A DNA stretch of 50,142 nt, taken from NCBI RefSeq assembly GCF_001194135.2, contig NC_068991.1, positions 10,531,401 through 10,581,542 of the forward strand, given 5' to 3'. The position numbers and the translations under genes are program-made. Positions 46,574-50,142 of this stretch are shown here, piece by piece (positions within the stretch are counted from its first letter, which is position 1; every line of letters starts with the position of its first letter). The notes under the pieces are model-generated. The model did not search any database. It was not told where the DNA came from and worked only from the letters and a program-made list of their open reading frames with translations. The DNA is from Octopus bimaculoides (taxonomy: Eukaryota).

Positions 46574-46899
46574 AAATGTGGTGAGAGTGTGAGTGAAAGG
46601 GACAGTGAATGCAGGTTAGAGGACGGTGAAACTGTTAGTGTAGAGGTAGTGAGTGAATGTGGATGAAATATTGATGAGAATATGAGTGAAGGGTGGTGAG
46701 AGTATTCTTGGGTGGTAATGGGTTGACATGTTTGAAGGTAACTGGATCATCATCATCATCATCATCATGTGAAAGATATTTGTCAGAAATAACTCTTCTT
46801 TGATTAACGAACTCGTTATCACTTTTCTGTTTTGTTTTGCTTCTGTACAAATACCAGATTTATTTCTGCATGCATTTCATGTTTGGCTCCCAGAAAATA

Positions 46900-47510
46900 A
46901 TAACTTGTAAGGGGGTGGGGGGTGAAAGAGAGAAATGGTGAGAGAGGGGTGGGGGTAAGGAAGAGGACAGAGTAAGAAAGAGTGGTGGATAATGTAGAGA
47001 AAGGGTGAGAGAGAGAGCAGTGGGGGTGGAGTAAGAGCGAGAAAGAGGAGGAGACAGAGAGGTGTGAGTNNNNNNNNNNNNNNNNNNNNNNNNNNNNNNN
47101 NNNNNNNNNNNNNNNNNNNNNNNNNNNNNNNNNNNNNNNNNNNNNNNNNNNNNNNNNNNNNATAAAGAGATGGGGGTAAAAAAGGGGGAGAGAGACAGAA
47201 AAGGAGTTGGGTAAGAGAGAGAGGTGGGAGTGAGATAGAGAAAAGGGGGGTAAAAATAGGAGGAGGAGGAGGAGGTGGGAGTGAGATAAAGAGAGGTGGG
47301 GTACAAAAGGGGGGAAAGAGAGAGAAAAAGGAGTTGGGTAAGAGAGAGAAGTGGGAGTGAAATAGAGAAAAAGAGGTGGGAGTAAAAAAGAGGAAGAGAG
47401 ATAGAATAAGGAGTTGGGGAGAGAGAGAGAGATAGATAGAGAGAGAGAGAGATAAAGTTGGGGTAAGGTAGAGGAAGAGAGAGGTGGGGGTAAGGGAGAG
47501 GAAGGGAGAA
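46900..47510 (+). repeat. Purine-rich (GA) low-complexity tract
   Basis: Directly visible, with internal repeats such as aaggagttgggtaagagagagaggtgggagtga. Confidence 0.85.
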
Positions 47511-47847
47511 ATGTTTATAAAGTTGAAATCTCTGTATTTACTCAAACGGCCTATTTATGATCAGATTCCATGTGATCAAGTCTTGTTCTTAGAAAAAAAA
47601 AGATTAAAAAATCTACTGGAATTTTCTTTCATTTTTTCCATTGACTCCATCAGAATGGAAAGGGGAGGAGTACACGTGACCTATTTTAGGGCCACCCTGA
47701 GATTGTTGGTATGGAGGGAGGGATGGAAGAACGGAAGTAAGAAAGGAAGGGGGCTAGCCCTAGACCCAGGGTGGTGGTGGGGTAGGCCTTGAGATCTGAC
47801 TTGAATGCTTGCATCTGAATTAAAAGCACCTGAGGCCCAGGTGGGCG

Positions 47848-47990
47848 AAGGCGTGTGGCCTAGTGGTTAGGGTGTTGCACTGACAACTGTGAGGTCATGG
47901 TTTCGATTCCTAGACCAGGTGGTGTATTGTTTTCTTGCGTAAAACACTTCATTTCATGTTACCCCTGTCCAGCCCAATCAGCTATAGGTA
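47848..47990 (+). mobile_element. SINE family G, 5' part
   Basis: gaaggcgtgtggcctagtggttagggtgttgcact..ggtttcgattcctagacc (A and B boxes), followed by cacttcatttcatgtt. Confidence 0.65.
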
Positions 47991-48155
47991 ACTTTCAGCA
48001 GTACCTGGGAAGCTGACCCTGACAATGGACTGGTGACCCATTCAGCAGGGGCTGTTGAAACCTCCATGCATTTGCGAGTTTTTGTAGAGTTGAGAAACTA
48101 GCAATTAGGATAAGTTCTTGGTTTTCTTTTTTTAAATTCAAATCCAGAGAATATA

Positions 48156-48543
48156 GGTGCAGGAGTGGCCGTGTGGTAAGTAGCTTGCTTACCAACCACA
48201 TGGTTCTGGGCAAGTGGCTTCTACTATAGCCTCGGGCCGACCAAAGCCTTGTGAGTGGATTTGGTTGACGGAAACTGAAAGAAACCCGCCGTATATATAT
48301 AGATGTATATGTATATATATGTGTGTGTGTTTGTGTGTCTGTGTTTGTCTCCCCCAATATTGCTTGACAACCGATGCTGGTGTGTTTACGTCCCCGTAAC
48401 ATTAGCAGTTCGGCAAAAGAGATCGATAGAATAAGTACTAGGCTTACAAAGAATAAGTCCTGGGGGTCGATTTCCTTGACTAAAGGCGGTGCTCCAGCAT
48501 GGCTGCAGTCAAATGACTGAAACAAGTAAAAGAGTAAAGAGTA
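48156..48543 (+). mobile_element. SINE family B, young copy with an internal deletion
   Basis: Matches 7081-7497 but lacks the B-box segment: ggttctggg is joined directly to caagtggcttc at a tggg microhomology. Confidence 0.88.
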
Positions 48544-48869
48544 ACGGGAGAATCTTGCCTCTCACAATATAGAAGCATTTCTCATTGGCACCAGCAGACA
48601 AAGCGGAAAAGGGGTTGCCATGGATAATAGCGAGCGAGATGTGCTGGAATATTGACTTGATAATTTTAACTCCTGGTCAGCCCGGATCCAACAGACCACA
48701 CCTGTAAGCAAAAGCATTCCAGCCATGACCATCCTGTTTGTTTTAAATTTGGGTACAGTGTATCTGGGAATACATTTTTTAATATGCTTTTTTTTTTTAT
48801 TCAAAGTTAGTATGATGTGATATGAAGGAAATTTGGCTGTTATTTCTAGCTGGTTGAGCATCAGCACTA

Positions 48870-49380
48870 CAGGCTCTCTCTCTCTCTCTCTCAATATCTC
48901 TTACTTTCTCTGTTCCTCTTTCTCTCCTCTTTCTTTCTTATTCTTTCTCTCCCCTACTTTTCACTCTTCCTCTTTTTCTTACTCCCTCTCTCTTTACACC
49001 CTCTCTCTCTTTCACTCCCTATCACCTTTCCCTCCTACCTCTCCCCACTCTCCCCTCTCTTACTCGCTTTTCTTTCTCCCTCCCTCTCTCTTTTCTGTCT
49101 CCTCTTCTCAGTCCCCTCCCTCTCTTATTCCATCTCTTCTCTTTTTCTTTCTTTCCTTCTTTCTCTCTCTCTCTCTGTCACTTGCTCCTTCTCTCTCTTA
49201 CTCTCCCTCTCTTATCCCCTTTCTCTGTTACTTCCTCTTCCTCTCCCTCTGTCACTTGCTCTTTCTCTCTCTCTCTCTCTCTTATTCCCTTTCTCTCTTA
49301 CTACCTCTCTTTCTCCCTGTCACTTGCTCTTTCTCTCTTTTTCTCTTTCTCCCTCCATCTCCCCCATATCTCTCTCATCA
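48870..49380 (+). repeat. Pyrimidine-rich (CT) low-complexity tract
   Basis: Directly visible, with ctgtcacttgctc repeated three times. Confidence 0.85.
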
Positions 49381-49955
49381 CCTCAACTGTTACAATAAGT
49401 GATTATATAAACATTCAGTAAGTGATGCAGACTATTTTCTATTCTTGTTGCCCAGAAATAATCAATTGATTTGATTAATTTTGGCATTGGAGTATTTTTT
49501 TTTTTTTTAACAGTTTAGTAATATTTTTATTAATAGCTTCAGGGGAAAATATATGGGTTTTTTAATTAAAATGCTCAAAAATCGCTTTTGAAAAATCAAA
49601 AAAAATTTAAAAAATTAAAATATGAAAAATTAGTTAAGTAAGTTTAGGAAATGAATAAATGAATTTTTAAAAATATGTTTATTTTATTTTCAAAATAAAC
49701 ATTTCTTTTTTAAAAAAATTAAAAGTCTTTTAAAGACATTCTGTTTTAGAATAAATCATTTTTCATTTCATGAAAATAAGTTTGTTTTTCCTTTTGTAAT
49801 TTACCCTGCAGGATTAAAATGATAATCTTGAAATCAACGTGGAATGTCCCTATGTGGATTCTGGATCTGCTAGAAATAGCAGTCGAATCTTCCTCTACGT
49901 GAACTCAAAAGTGTTCATAGAAGGAGGTTTCATAAAACATAGTCCTAGGGTATAG

Positions 49956-50142
49956 TCTTTTACTTGTTTCAGTCATTTGACTGCGGCCATGCTGGAGCAT
50001 CGCCTTTAGTCGAGCAAATCGACCCCGAGACTTATTCTTTGTAAGCCTAGTACTTATTCTATCGGGCTCTTTTTGCCGAACCGCTAGGTGACGGTGACAT
50101 AAGCACACCAGCATCGGTTGTCAAGCAATGCTAGGGGGACAA
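49956..50142 (-). mobile_element. SINE family B, 3' half, cut by the window end
   Basis: Near-exact reverse complement of the family B tail. Confidence 0.88.

Noticed and set aside
2475-47545. Long ORFs containing X runs (2475-3341, 8317-9105, 13254-13988, 22442-23486, 33078-33758, 44906-45775 and others)
   Set aside because: They stay open only because they cross N-gaps.
47484-47792. ERGGVHV as the next FBXO11 exon (expected YKGAHV-like)
   Set aside because: No AG acceptor places it in the required phase 0, and the surrounding residues do not match.
49812-49905. Strong-looking acceptor ttaccctgcag| as the next FBXO11 exon
   Set aside because: Phase 0 gives GAT TAA at once, the other frames also stop, and the sequence overlaps an old repeat motif (ctgctagaaatagcag).

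Overview
This is AT-rich, microsatellite-dense eukaryotic genomic DNA with about 14 N-gaps (roughly 4.4 kb). The repeat families look like those of an octopus (coleoid cephalopod) draft assembly, which is an inference from recall. The one protein-coding gene I can support is FBXO11 on the + strand, seen as three internal coding exons: 4452-4646 (divergent N-terminal region), 23614-23758 (F-box) and 40687-40816 (post-F-box). They splice in frame across GT-AG introns of 18,967 and 16,928 nt. The start exon and all downstream exons were not found, so they lie outside the window or in gaps. The rest is intronic. It holds at least five SINE-like families (labelled A, B, D, E, G here) with shared or swapped modules, remnants of HERO-, RTE- and CR1-type non-LTR retrotransposons, several small DNA transposons (TTAA piggyBac-type, TA-flanked Tc1/mariner-type, an internally deleted mariner retaining the transposase C-terminus), a Helentron/HINE-like element, a ~280-bp fold-back palindrome, a 29-bp minisatellite and many simple repeats. 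Almost all ORFs in the supplied track are artefacts of gaps, microsatellites or SINEs. I found no CRISPR array, rRNA or true tRNA. I see no clearly new multi-gene system; the best leads are RNA-structure features in the FBXO11 pre-mRNA and the modular or nested mobile elements. Protein comparisons were made by eye against recalled sequences, and repeat boundaries are approximate.
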